The notes beneath the pieces are model-generated. The model was not told where the DNA came from. It saw nothing but the letters and a program-made list of their open reading frames with translations, and did no database searches. Positions 1 through 9,632 of a stretch of DNA of 64,000 nt are shown piece after piece; within the stretch, counting starts at the first letter, position 1; every line of letters starts with the position of its first letter. The position numbers and the translations under genes are program-made. The DNA is taken from positions 62,001 to 126,000 of the IMG/VR virus record IMGVR_UViG_3300023235_000008. One strand, written 5' to 3'.

Positions 1-639
1 GATAGTGACATTCGTTTTAGCAAACTTCCCGGCAAAACAATCGGGACATATAATAAGTCTTCCCGTAATATTATCATCCAATATTCTGCTAAGAAAACAC
101 AGGAAGTAATCTATACAATCATTCACGAATATGGGCATAAATTCTGGTATGAGTATATGACCGATAAACATCATACCCATATCAAAAATATGTTTGAAAA
201 GATTAAAGGCGTTGAAAAATATAGCAATATTCACCAAAGCACACGTGATGAGTATATGGCAGGTATTATTCCACAACTTAAAGTAGGTCAAGAAGTGCAT
301 TATCTTGGCAGGAAACGAACATATAAGAGCAACTCCCCGTTTACTATTACAGCCGTATCTTCTGAACAGCTAGTTCTTAATGCTTTACACGGCGGCACAT
401 TAACGGGAACACCAGCGTTTATTCTTGGTGGAAAATGGAAAATAGAAGGTGTTGATATGAGTCCACCGAAAACCACTGACTACATCAATAAATCAGATTG
501 GTTTCCGACTAGTTATTCTCAGAAAGATCACGAAGAATGGTTCTGTGAAATATTTTCATTCTATGTAAATAACTCATTGGATGGTAAACCAAAAGAATGG
601 ATGGAAGGTCTTTTGACCCTTGGAGCAAAAAATGCGTGA
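1..639 (+). CDS. 5'-truncated zincin-type metallopeptidase-like protein
   Basis: Frame is open from base 1 (DSDIRFSKLPGKTIGTY...), upstream of the track's Met. HEYGH (HExxH) at 124-138 and a downstream EEWFCEIF third-ligand-like motif. Confidence 0.6.
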   Translation, partial: DSDIRFSKLPGKTIGTYNKSSRNIIIQYSAKKTQEVIYTIIHEYGHKFWYEYMTDKHHTHIKNMFEKIKGVEKYSNIHQSTRDEYMAGIIPQLKVGQEVHYLGRKRTYKSNSPFTITAVSSEQLVLNALHGGTLTGTPAFILGGKWKIEGVDMSPPKTTDYINKSDWFPTSYSQKDHEEWFCEIFSFYVNNSLDGKPKEWMEGLLTLGAKNA

Positions 640-2326
640 TATATTGAATAAAATAAAACTACTTGAAAATATTCTTATTGAATACTACGACTACAATAAT
701 GAAGTATTGATGAAACGAATGAACCGAGATAACTCATTCGGTATGTATAAAGATAAGATTGGCGAAGAAGGTGAAAACTGGACCGATTGGCTTGCTGAAC
801 AAGACCCAACGCAGAATAAAAAATACGTAAACTGGATGATTACCAGATACCTTAAAGGTGGTATTCAACGCCTCGAAGATATCCCATCAAAAATCACACC
901 AGCATTAACAATCTATGCTAAACTAGCTGTAAAGAAAAAGCTAAATCCAGAACACCGTGATATCAATCGATTTAAAAACTTAGATCAATTCGTTGACGCA
1001 GTTGCTTCCTATACCGAAACAGTAGCGTCGGACGTTCTTTCCAGTAAGAAGGAAAAGAAGGTTAGTATTGAACAGGAAATGTATGCCAGCGGTGATGCTG
1101 AACTTGTATTCAACGACAAAGAATATAAGATAATTATTCCACATTCGCATAAGGCAAGTTGCTATTTCGGTAAAAATACAAAATGGTGCACGACTGCGGC
1201 TGACAATGATAGTTATCACAACCAGTATAGCGCACAGGGACCAATGTATATCATTTTACATAAACCAACGAATTCAAGATGGCAATTCCATTTTGAATCA
1301 AAGCAATATATGGATGAACAGGATCATCAAATTCAGTTGGGAACCTTCTTCGAAGAACATCCAACAATCTTTGATGTATTTCAAGAACGTGATCTATTGC
1401 CACCAAGTTTTACTATTATTCGAGATATACGTAAAGAGGGCGGTGTTACGAAAGACAACCTTAATGTTCTTTACGATGCGCTACGTGATGAAGGTGTCGC
1501 ACCGCATAATTTTCAACAGATGGATAAATCAAGCACTGATACTCGTCAAGATATTATGATTGAAGATTTCAGTGATGTTGCTGATTTTGCAAATGATAAA
1601 CTTAATAGCGATCACCCGGTTCACACATTGATCAATATTATCGAAGACCCAGATATGCTGGGTGAACTAACTGATTTTGAACCAACCGATATTCCCGATG
1701 ATTATTATGCCAAAATGATTGAATTATTGGAACCATATTATCAGGACAAAATCTTTCAGGCGGCGGGTAATACAGACGACCCACAACGTGCATTTTGGAG
1801 ACTTGAAAGAGAAGGACATCGATACTATAATCTTATGATTGATTCTTTTGAAAAAGCATTCAAAATCGGCGAGGGAAGCCAAGATGAGATTATTAAAAAT
1901 CTAAAAGAACGTGCTGTTAAATATATACAATATACTGCTTTTAATCCATCCTCACTTCAAGTGAGGATTGTTAACTATGACAGTGAAATCCAACTTATTG
2001 TATCCGTTGACACGTTATTGGATGCACTTGAAGCAAGTGGGTCTGATTACGATGATGAGTTTGAAGGAAGGATTTACGACATCATTATGTTGGGTTGGGG
2101 ATATCAAGAAGAAGGTTACGATTATAGAGAAATGTTTGGTTCATATTCCAGTGAGCAACTTATCAATGATGAAGATGGGCAGGATAAATATCTTGAAACA
2201 TTAACTAATCAAGCAAGTGTTGATATGGCAAAAGCCCTTGATTATTTTGAGCGTGAGTTTAAAATGACCGAATCCAAAAAAACGGACAAACTCCTTCAAG
2301 ACATCACACGTTTATCCAAGATTTAA
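632..2326 (+). CDS. Large acidic phage protein, paralog of 50827..52458 (putative head/ejected protein)
   Basis: ATG at 632 after GGAG. Shares DPTQNxKYVNWM...YLKGGIQRLEDIP and ASCYFGKNTxWCT blocks with 50827..52458. Confidence 0.75.
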   Translation: MRDILNKIKLLENILIEYYDYNNEVLMKRMNRDNSFGMYKDKIGEEGENWTDWLAEQDPTQNKKYVNWMITRYLKGGIQRLEDIPSKITPALTIYAKLAVKKKLNPEHRDINRFKNLDQFVDAVASYTETVASDVLSSKKEKKVSIEQEMYASGDAELVFNDKEYKIIIPHSHKASCYFGKNTKWCTTAADNDSYHNQYSAQGPMYIILHKPTNSRWQFHFESKQYMDEQDHQIQLGTFFEEHPTIFDVFQERDLLPPSFTIIRDIRKEGGVTKDNLNVLYDALRDEGVAPHNFQQMDKSSTDTRQDIMIEDFSDVADFANDKLNSDHPVHTLINIIEDPDMLGELTDFEPTDIPDDYYAKMIELLEPYYQDKIFQAAGNTDDPQRAFWRLEREGHRYYNLMIDSFEKAFKIGEGSQDEIIKNLKERAVKYIQYTAFNPSSLQVRIVNYDSEIQLIVSVDTLLDALEASGSDYDDEFEGRIYDIIMLGWGYQEEGYDYREMFGSYSSEQLINDEDGQDKYLETLTNQASVDMAKALDYFEREFKMTESKKTDKLLQDITRLSKI

Positions 2327-2327
2327 G

Positions 2328-2356
2328 TTGACTTGACTCCGCCAGTGTAGTATACT
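2328..2356 (+). promoter_or_regulatory. sigma70-like promoter
   Basis: TTGACT-N17-TATACT in an intergenic gap. Confidence 0.7.
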
Positions 2357-2388
2357 GGGTATTCAAAGCGTGGAATTTGGGAGTTAAT

Positions 2389-2598
2389 ATGGACAAACAA
2401 AAAGAACTCGACCATTATACTACCAAATTCGCAATGCATTCCGAAAGGGTGCGCCGTCTTGAAAAACTGCGTGAAACCGACCGTAGTTCATCCGCCAAGA
2501 AACGATTGGTTGATGAGAAAAAACTTAAACTTCACGCCAAAGAACGTATTGAACAACTAACGAAAGAACAAAATGGAACAAGTTATATTATACTTTGA
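2389..2598 (+). CDS. Small basic hypothetical protein
   Basis: ORF with GGAG RBS downstream of a promoter. Confidence 0.55.
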   Translation: MDKQKELDHYTTKFAMHSERVRRLEKLRETDRSSSAKKRLVDEKKLKLHAKERIEQLTKEQNGTSYIIL

Positions 2599-2878
2599 GC
2601 CAAACCCCGGCGTGTGTGTAAATCATACCCCTATGTTCAAACACTATGTTATGAACTGGCTAAGTGACCATCCCGTTGAGTTTGGCGGCTACATCGCAAT
2701 GAATGCACTTGCCAAAAAACATGACTCTAAGGAGCCTGTGTATCAGGTCATCTGTAATGACGCATATTATTTTGATGATCTATTGGAATACGTCAAGTAT
2801 GAACCACTAGAAGGCTATACTATCCACGTATATGCCAAAGAAGTAAATGAAAATCTAAGGAAAATAAATGAACATTGA
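2573..2878 (+). CDS. Hypothetical protein
   Basis: ORF overlapping neighbours in an operon. Confidence 0.55.
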   Translation: MEQVILYFEPNPGVCVNHTPMFKHYVMNWLSDHPVEFGGYIAMNALAKKHDSKEPVYQVICNDAYYFDDLLEYVKYEPLEGYTIHVYAKEVNENLRKINEH

Positions 2879-3275
2879 TTTAAACAAATACAAAGACTTC
2901 GTAGATGAAGTCACTAGCGACGAAAGCAGCGATGCTGCCAAAATGATTAACACCATTCTCCGCCTACAAGCAGAATCTGGTGTAAAAATGTCAAACCTTC
3001 TTACGGCTGGTATTGGTATGTCAAGCGAAGGAGGTGAGTTCAACGAAATCATCAAGAAATGTATCTTCCAAGGCAAACCTATGGATGAAGATACCATATA
3101 TCACATGAAGCGAGAGCTAGGTGATGTCATTTGGTATTGGATGCAAGCGTGTATCGCATTGGGCGAAGACCCTAACGACATCATTAATATGAATGTAGAA
3201 AAACTTCAAGCACGGTATCCCGGCGGCGAGTTTAACCCATATTACAGTGAAAATCGCAAAGAGGGTGATATATAG
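2868..3275 (+). CDS. MazG-like (all-alpha) nucleotide pyrophosphohydrolase
   Basis: SEGGEFNEIIKK...KRELGDVIWY...NVEKLQARYP motifs. Confidence 0.85.
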   Translation: MNIDLNKYKDFVDEVTSDESSDAAKMINTILRLQAESGVKMSNLLTAGIGMSSEGGEFNEIIKKCIFQGKPMDEDTIYHMKRELGDVIWYWMQACIALGEDPNDIINMNVEKLQARYPGGEFNPYYSENRKEGDI

Positions 3276-3288
3276 GCATAAATACAGT

Positions 3289-3531
3289 ATGTCACATCCA
3301 CTAGTAAACAAACTAACCGATTTGAGCGACGAAGAACTTACTATGAAGCTTGGTGAGTTACATAGCAAATATGCGTATGCTTCACGTGCAAATCCCTATT
3401 TAGCATCACAAATCTATGCCCTTATTGACGACTACAATGCAGAAATGTTGCAGCGTCAAGCCGAACACGATAAAGAAATCGAAGAAGCATTGGGCACTGA
3501 TTTCTTTTCGGATAATGTTAACATTAAATGA
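3289..3531 (+). CDS. Hypothetical coiled-coil protein
   Basis: ATG 4 nt after ATAAATA (3278-3284), probably leaderless. Confidence 0.55.
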   Translation: MSHPLVNKLTDLSDEELTMKLGELHSKYAYASRANPYLASQIYALIDDYNAEMLQRQAEHDKEIEEALGTDFFSDNVNIK

Positions 3532-4169
3532 CCAACATCATATGGAAGACTGATTTTCTAACAACATTGGCGTTAGAAGATGAACTCATACCTAATGGAT
3601 ACTCTTTAAAGATTGAACTTATTCCCAACACAAAACACGTTGAGGAACAGGCTATCGCATTAGAACGATTACGTGTATTTTGCGAAACTATTGTAAGCGG
3701 GAGTATTCTTAGTAGTTTTGAAAACAAAAACTTAGAAAAGCTGATGGAAACCTACGTAACAAACGTGATGTTTCTACCAGATGATCCATACGATCAGTTG
3801 TTTACGATCATACTTCATAGTAAACTATCGGCTATTCTTGAACAACGATGCTTTATTACGAATATGTCACTGTCCAGCACTATGGGAAACCTTGAATACG
3901 TATTCGATTCAGAAACATTCGAATATCCTGATATTCTTACTGAAGATATTTTACCGGGCAAGTGTGCTTGGTGGGGTAGACCCGACATATCCACGATGGA
4001 TATAATCATTGAAAAAGACGATGAACTATCAATCCATGACCAAGAGTTTAACTGGGAACATATTGGATTGACGTGGGACGGTGATAAAGAAAAAGAAGGC
4101 AAGATTATCGACGTAAAGAAGTTTAGACCAAAGATTGTAGAAGGAAAACCAAATGATACCGATGATTAA
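3528..4169 (+). CDS. Hypothetical protein
   Basis: 213-aa ORF with ATGA overlap to the upstream gene. Confidence 0.65.
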   Translation: MTNIIWKTDFLTTLALEDELIPNGYSLKIELIPNTKHVEEQAIALERLRVFCETIVSGSILSSFENKNLEKLMETYVTNVMFLPDDPYDQLFTIILHSKLSAILEQRCFITNMSLSSTMGNLEYVFDSETFEYPDILTEDILPGKCAWWGRPDISTMDIIIEKDDELSIHDQEFNWEHIGLTWDGDKEKEGKIIDVKKFRPKIVEGKPNDTDD

Positions 4170-4350
4170 AATGCATAACGGTATGGGTATTAATAGTGTT
4201 TTTTGGGTAGATGAAAAAGACTACGATAAACACGTCCGCAATAGTTGTATTAATGCTACCTTATTTTATAGACAGCAAGAAGCCAAATATGCTATACTTA
4301 GAAGAGAACTAGAAAAAGAGTTAGTAGAACATAATGTTGACAGATTGTAA
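4153..4350 (+). CDS. Hypothetical protein
   Basis: Overlapping operon ORF. Confidence 0.45.
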   Translation: MIPMIKMHNGMGINSVFWVDEKDYDKHVRNSCINATLFYRQQEAKYAILRRELEKELVEHNVDRL

Positions 4351-4843
4351 CGGTTTTGTATATTTTGACGAAGAAGATTTACTAAACGAGCTATACAAGA
4401 ATCCAGACTTAGACTTATCATTGTTTCAAACGGTTGATACGGTTATGTATCATTCATACCGTACGGCAGCAGAGGCACATTTTGAAGAGCCGTTATTGCA
4501 GCTTGGATCGTTAGAAGGCACCGAAAGTCACGATGATATAAATCGTCGTTGGCGAATGCCAGAAGAATATAAAGATATGGATATCGCCGAATGGGTATTG
4601 GGTCAATGTAAAACCGATGCCGAACTGCAACGATGTGCAGAAGAACTATTACTATTTCAAGAACGTGATATGTTTGGGTTATTACAATACCTAAAATATT
4701 TCGTAGATACGATGCGAAAAAATAAAATAGTATGGGGGGTTGGTCGTGGGTCAAGTGTAGCCAGTTACGTGTTATACTTAATCGGAACCCACAAAATCGA
4801 CAGCCTCTTTTACGAACTAGATATTAAGGAGTTTTTAAGATAA
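4334..4843 (+). CDS. Stand-alone fragment of a DNA polymerase III alpha (DnaE)-like domain
   Basis: R..EEL..F......L.YL.Y.VD....N.IVWGVGRGSSVASYVLYLIG.HKID matches the DnaE GRGS region. It ends at the FERFL-equivalent (IKEFLR). Confidence 0.75.
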   Translation: MLTDCNGFVYFDEEDLLNELYKNPDLDLSLFQTVDTVMYHSYRTAAEAHFEEPLLQLGSLEGTESHDDINRRWRMPEEYKDMDIAEWVLGQCKTDAELQRCAEELLLFQERDMFGLLQYLKYFVDTMRKNKIVWGVGRGSSVASYVLYLIGTHKIDSLFYELDIKEFLR

Positions 4844-5118
4844 TGGGAAAAGAGTATAGAACAGCACAAGGCAAGGCATTAGATATGCAAAGCTTTGTAT
4901 TAAAAAACGAGAAAGTCCGAGCAGTTGGTAATGTCAGTGTGAATGCACGGGGCGATGAAATCGATTCGTCGGGTAATATTACTCGCACTCGTGATGAGAT
5001 TATGAAACAACATTACAAGAATACCGATAAATCGCAGACACCAAATCAGTTGACACCTGATGAAGATGTTGCTGCGCCAGCAGAAGAAGTAAAGGAAACG
5101 CCAAATGCCAGTGAATAA
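4843..5118 (+). CDS. Hypothetical protein
   Basis: Translationally coupled ORF (TAATG). Confidence 0.6.
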   Translation: MGKEYRTAQGKALDMQSFVLKNEKVRAVGNVSVNARGDEIDSSGNITRTRDEIMKQHYKNTDKSQTPNQLTPDEDVAAPAEEVKETPNASE

Positions 5119-5473
5119 CACTATTGTACGTGGAACAATCACCCCGATTAAAAAGAATATCCTAATCTATGATATGAACTTTGGCGAACGCACTACTAAA
5201 GCTGGTCTTATTTTGATGGGCGATGATGGTAAGCAGCGTGGTATTCGTCCACGTTGGGGCAAGGTTTTAGCCGTTGGTCCAGAACAAGATTCTGTTGAGC
5301 CGGGACAATGGGTATTAGTAGCGCACGGGCGATGGTCACGTGGTATTCAGTATGAAGTTGATGGCAATATGCAAGAAGTTCGTATGGCAGACCCAGATGA
5401 TATTCTTGGTGTGCAAGACGATGTGCCCGATGATGCTTACGTTGCAAGCACCGATACGGCTACTGCGTATTAA
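5105..5473 (+). CDS. groES: GroES-like co-chaperonin
   Basis: GERTTKAGLIL mobile loop, GKVLAVGP, VEPGQWVL, DDILGV. Confidence 0.8.
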   Translation: MPVNNTIVRGTITPIKKNILIYDMNFGERTTKAGLILMGDDGKQRGIRPRWGKVLAVGPEQDSVEPGQWVLVAHGRWSRGIQYEVDGNMQEVRMADPDDILGVQDDVPDDAYVASTDTATAY

Positions 5474-6153
5474 AACTTAGGGCGGCGACCGTTATAGTTT
5501 TGTTGGATTTGTGCGAAGTCTTCATCGAAGTCCATAAGTTCAGTTTGGGTCCACTTTAATAGTTGTGACATATACTTTTTAAGTGTATCGGCAACACCTT
5601 CGTGAACGATACTTTCTTTCTTCATTTTGGGCTGTGTAATAGCACCGATCTTTCCCTTTTTGACTTTCTTTTCAAGCTTAGTATGTTTTTCTTTTAGTTT
5701 CAAAACTACTGGAATAAGGTCTTTGTCAAGAAGTTGAATAAGTTCACCCATAAACTTCTCGGTATCTAACACTTCTTCTTCGGTCGTCGATGCTTCTACA
5801 TCCTTGCCCATTTGAACAGTAAGGGATACTGTTTCAATAACACGGGTCAAAGCAGCATCTTCGGCGGCAAATAATAAGTCAAAGATAGGACGCATTTCTT
5901 CTTCTTTAACAAGTTCACGGCGTTTGGTGAACTCTTTGGTGGCACGATCCAGAACAAGATAACGCTTCGATAGTTTAGTTAGCTTTTCAGAAGTTGTGCC
6001 TTTTACCATTGCAGTAACTTTGGTGATATCACCAATGACTTTATCTGCTTTTGATTTACCCTCTTCTTTATAATCTATACTGGGGTCACGGGTGCCCGCT
6101 TCTTCGATATCATTGAAGCCTTCAAGCAGTGTTCTAAAGTCGTTAACTCTCAT
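5470..6153 (-). CDS. Hypothetical coiled-coil protein with an N-terminal LLE motif (putative head protein)
   Basis: The translation MRVNDFRTLLE... reads on the reverse complement (CAT at 6151-6153, stop TTA at 5470-5472). The track's + label is wrong. Preceded by AGGAG and ATAAATA on the minus strand. Confidence 0.8.
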   Translation of the reverse strand: MRVNDFRTLLEGFNDIEEAGTRDPSIDYKEEGKSKADKVIGDITKVTAMVKGTTSEKLTKLSKRYLVLDRATKEFTKRRELVKEEEMRPIFDLLFAAEDAALTRVIETVSLTVQMGKDVEASTTEEEVLDTEKFMGELIQLLDKDLIPVVLKLKEKHTKLEKKVKKGKIGAITQPKMKKESIVHEGVADTLKKYMSQLLKWTQTELMDFDEDFAQIQQNYNGRRPKF

Positions 6154-6157
6154 TTGG

Positions 6158-6221
6158 TAAATCTCCTGTTATGGTATTTATCTTATATAAGATAAATCTC
6201 CTGTTATGGTATTTATCTTAT
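6158..6221 (-). repeat. 29-bp direct repeat x2 containing a late promoter and RBS
   Basis: TAAATCTCCTGTTATGGTATTTATCTTAT at 6158-6186 and 6193-6221. On the minus strand it reads AAGATAAATACCATAACAGGAG. Confidence 0.9.
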
Positions 6222-6249
6222 TGACAATAGTTTTAATATATCGTATAAT
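6221..6249 (+). promoter_or_regulatory. sigma70 consensus promoter of the clamp loader operon
   Basis: TTGACA-N17-TATAAT. Confidence 0.85.
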
Positions 6250-6276
6250 AATGTACACACTTAATAGAGGTAATAA

Positions 6277-7191
6277 ATGCTCTGGACGGAAAAATACAGA
6301 CCGAAAACCGTAGACGACTATGTGTTTCACGGTGACGAACAAAAAGCACAAGTAAACGAATGGATTAAGAAAGGGGATATTCCACATATCCTATTCCACG
6401 GTCCACCGGGTACTGGCAAAACCACATTGGCAAAAGTTCTTATCAACGAACTAGATATTGATGAGTATGACGTAATGATGCTCAATGGTTCAAAAGAAGG
6501 TCGTAAAATCGATGAGTTCAATGCCAAACTTGATGGCTTTACACAAACGATGCCATTCGGTAACTTCAAGATTGTATTGATTGATGAGGCTGATTACCTA
6601 AACCTACATTCAGTCCAACCATCCCTACGAACCCCGATGGTTGAAAATACAAGTTGTCGTTTCATTCTGACGTGTAACTACGTGCACAAGATTATGCCAG
6701 CGATTCAAGATCGTTGTCAGGTTTTTAAGATTGAAAAACAAGATCATACCGAGTTTACCGCACGTGTTGCCGAAGTGTTAATCAATGAAGAAGTAGACTT
6801 TGACATTGACTTACTTGACAACTACGTAAAGGCAACGTATCCAAGTTTGCGTAAAGCATTGAACTTGGTCCAACAAAATACGATTGATGGCAAGTTGAAG
6901 ATTCCGACAGTTAGCGAAACAACGGTAGACATCAAGTTGGCGTTTGTTGAGTTGGTTAAGGATTCACGTTATCGTGAGGCAGTTAAGCTATTGTCGGATA
7001 ACATTCGCCAAGACGAGATTGAAGATATGTTCGTATGGTTTTATAACAACGTTAACCTGTTTGCTGAAACCGATGAACAATACTTTCGTGCAAACAAGAT
7101 TATTCGTGATGCTATCGTGGCTATTCCGAGTATCGCACACCCAGACATTCACGTTACCGCTACGGCTGGTGACTTATTAGGAATCAAATAA
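6277..7191 (+). CDS. Clamp loader AAA+ subunit (RFC small subunit / T4 gp44-like)
   Basis: LWTEKYRP, GPPGTGKTT, DEAD, SRC-like DRCQ motifs. Confidence 0.92.
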   Translation: MLWTEKYRPKTVDDYVFHGDEQKAQVNEWIKKGDIPHILFHGPPGTGKTTLAKVLINELDIDEYDVMMLNGSKEGRKIDEFNAKLDGFTQTMPFGNFKIVLIDEADYLNLHSVQPSLRTPMVENTSCRFILTCNYVHKIMPAIQDRCQVFKIEKQDHTEFTARVAEVLINEEVDFDIDLLDNYVKATYPSLRKALNLVQQNTIDGKLKIPTVSETTVDIKLAFVELVKDSRYREAVKLLSDNIRQDEIEDMFVWFYNNVNLFAETDEQYFRANKIIRDAIVAIPSIAHPDIHVTATAGDLLGIK

Positions 7192-7201
7192 AGGAAATAA
7201 A

Positions 7202-7525
7202 ATGGCTAGAGTAAAAAACAGACACATCGTTGCATATTACGCATTAAAACCACGCAAAGGCGTTCCAACCCACATCAAAGGTTGGATGAATGATGATCGT
7301 AATATTCAGTGGGACGAAACAATGAAAATGACTGACGGTTTACGTAAACGTGACGAACTGGAAGCACAGGTTATTCTCGATGTTGACGAAAAACGGATCG
7401 TTAAAAACTGGAAAGCTAATGACGGTGAAAATGATTACGACAAGTTATACGACTACTATGCTCAAAACTACGAACACTATATCAATGATTATTTGCGGTT
7501 ATCTGATAAACAACGCTTGACATAA
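7202..7525 (+). CDS. Hypothetical protein
   Basis: ORF with AAGGA RBS following the clamp loader. Confidence 0.65.
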   Translation: MARVKNRHIVAYYALKPRKGVPTHIKGWMNDDRNIQWDETMKMTDGLRKRDELEAQVILDVDEKRIVKNWKANDGENDYDKLYDYYAQNYEHYINDYLRLSDKQRLT

Positions 7526-7566
7526 CCTTGCGTTATACTACAGTTAAATCATAACGGAGCAATACA

Positions 7567-8334
7567 ATGAAAAAGCAGCCTTTACCACTTCGTGAAGTTT
7601 TAGCAGTAGCTGTCGCAGCAAGCGATGTTAACTCTTTTGAAAAGTTGGGATACGTTAAAGCAGCGTATCCAGTAAACCGCCGTATTTTTGATGGCACAGT
7701 TCAAACAGTAGCAGTGCCCGAAGGATATGACGGGGTGTATGATGGCGAACCATATGTATTCGCAAATAAAGACATCGTGAAAGAGTTTTTCGGACACAAA
7801 TCAGTTACGTACTGGAATAGCGAAAAGCATCATATTCCAAAACTTAATGTAACCGAAGAAACGTATGCCAAGGCTGACGAGATTATCAAGCACTTTCAGA
7901 AACTGATGTTCAGTGCACTCGGTGGTCAGTTAAATGATTACACGCAGTTGATTTATGATATCATTGATTCTGGCGAAGTTACGCCACGAAATATGGGTAT
8001 CGTCGCATCAATGCCTAGTTCATTTGAACGTGATGCTGTCAATAAGAAGCACCAAGAAGAAATCGACGAACTTGCACATACAAGTGAATATATCGGCGTG
8101 GTCGGTGACAAGATTGAGGTTGATATTAAAATCATCACCAGCAAGTTCATTGAGAAGTTTGGTTGCTATGTTTATAATGCTTCGACGGGCGAGAATGCTG
8201 TTACTTTCTGGTCGCAGAAGGCACCCGAAGTGTTCGGCGAAACATGTCGTATTAAGGGTAAAGTAAAGCGCACTAAGGTTAGCGATTACACCCGTGCCAA
8301 AGAAACAGAACTAAACTACGTCAAGGTGGTATAG
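7567..8334 (+). CDS. Hypothetical protein with a C-terminal OB-fold-like region
   Basis: YIGVVGDKIEVDI...IKGKVK...TELNYVK pattern; upstream promoter and GGAG. Confidence 0.55.
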   Translation: MKKQPLPLREVLAVAVAASDVNSFEKLGYVKAAYPVNRRIFDGTVQTVAVPEGYDGVYDGEPYVFANKDIVKEFFGHKSVTYWNSEKHHIPKLNVTEETYAKADEIIKHFQKLMFSALGGQLNDYTQLIYDIIDSGEVTPRNMGIVASMPSSFERDAVNKKHQEEIDELAHTSEYIGVVGDKIEVDIKIITSKFIEKFGCYVYNASTGENAVTFWSQKAPEVFGETCRIKGKVKRTKVSDYTRAKETELNYVKVV

Positions 8335-8407
8335 TAGGTCATTTTAGCTTGACAAACACCGCTGCATTTGGTAGTACATAGTAATGAGAAACAAGGAAAA
8401 AAACAAT

Positions 8408-8989
8408 ATGAACAAAACGATTTTGTGCGACTGTGATGGAGTTGTCGCAGACTGGGTTGGCGGCTTTGAAGAGTGGCTGAAAGAAACTCATGATCGTGAA
8501 CTTGAGCCAGAGTCAGAAGGTGTTTATAAAGTTGAATACCGTATTCCCGGCGTGACAAGCGTTGAAGGCGCTGCATTCGTTGAAGAGTTCAATCGTTCTG
8601 ATTACATTGGTCGCCTAGCACCATTTCGTGACGCACAAGAGTATGTTGCGAAGTTGCATAGCGAAGGCTTTGTGTTCCACGTAATCACCGCCATTGAAGA
8701 TACTCCTGAGATTTACGAGCGTCGGTTGAAGAATCTGACTGACCTGTATGGTTCAGCGATTAGTAAGCTGACATTGGTTGGTGATATACCAAACAAGATT
8801 CATCACTTGACCAAATACCGTGACACTGGACGTTTCTGGATTGAAGATTCAATCGGCAATGCAAAAGACGGTCACGAGTTGGGTCTAGAAACTATCTTGG
8901 TTAAGCACGGACACAGTGTAAACTTCACACACGACGACATTCACCCAATCGAAACGTGGGCAGAAATCTACGAAATCATTTCAGAGTAA
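8408..8989 (+). CDS. HAD-family 5'(3')-deoxyribonucleotidase-like protein
   Basis: ILCDCDGVVADW (DxDGV), VITA, WIEDS...N motifs. Confidence 0.8.
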   Translation: MNKTILCDCDGVVADWVGGFEEWLKETHDRELEPESEGVYKVEYRIPGVTSVEGAAFVEEFNRSDYIGRLAPFRDAQEYVAKLHSEGFVFHVITAIEDTPEIYERRLKNLTDLYGSAISKLTLVGDIPNKIHHLTKYRDTGRFWIEDSIGNAKDGHELGLETILVKHGHSVNFTHDDIHPIETWAEIYEIISE

Positions 8990-9126
8990 GGAACATCACA
9001 CGTAAGCAAAGAAACCTTCCGTGAATATCAAGAAGAGTATGGCGGAACCCCGTGCTTTGATAGGAATGGTAACTATGCAGGATTTATGCCCGAACCGTTT
9101 GATAACACCGAACATCAAAATAATGA

Positions 9127-9154
9127 TTGACAACGCCGACAATCCTGCTATACT
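9127..9154 (+). promoter_or_regulatory. sigma70-like promoter
   Basis: TTGACA-N16-TATACT with TG extended -10. Confidence 0.7.
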
Positions 9155-9190
9155 CCAAAAGTAAGTTGATTCAAACGGAGAGATTGAAAA

Positions 9191-9610
9191 ATGACCATCA
9201 AGACATTTAATCGTGGTAACCTAAACGCAGTTCGCAGTGACGTTATGGCAGCACTTGCTGAAGTTGGCGAAAAGCACGGCGTAGCATTTGACCTTGGCAA
9301 CATTCGCTTTGAAGATAAAGCATTCCGTGTCACAATGAACGCTAGTGTAACCGCAGTTCCCGACGAAAAAGAACAGTTTTGGGAAGCAATGTCCCAAAAC
9401 GCCGATGAAGCCGAACTGATTCGTGAAACTGCTTTTACGAACGTTCTGCCAGCATCGCTTCGTGGCCGACAGTTTGAAATCGGTGGTCGTATCTTTACAC
9501 TAGTCGGTGTTAAGAAATCCCGCTACAAGTATCCATTCTCAGGCGTCGGTCAACAAGGCGGTCGTTACAAGTTTACTGTTGATCAAGTCGTGAACGGCTT
9601 GATTGCTTAA
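9191..9610 (+). CDS. Early hypothetical protein
   Basis: GGAG RBS; follows an early-type promoter. Confidence 0.65.
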   Translation: MTIKTFNRGNLNAVRSDVMAALAEVGEKHGVAFDLGNIRFEDKAFRVTMNASVTAVPDEKEQFWEAMSQNADEAELIRETAFTNVLPASLRGRQFEIGGRIFTLVGVKKSRYKYPFSGVGQQGGRYKFTVDQVVNGLIA

Positions 9611-9632
9611 CCCAATAAACGGAGATATTAAA

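Noticed and set aside
5470-6153. ORF-track label placing this gene on the + strand
   Set aside because: The listed protein is only obtained from the reverse complement (CAT at 6151-6153, TTA at 5470-5472).
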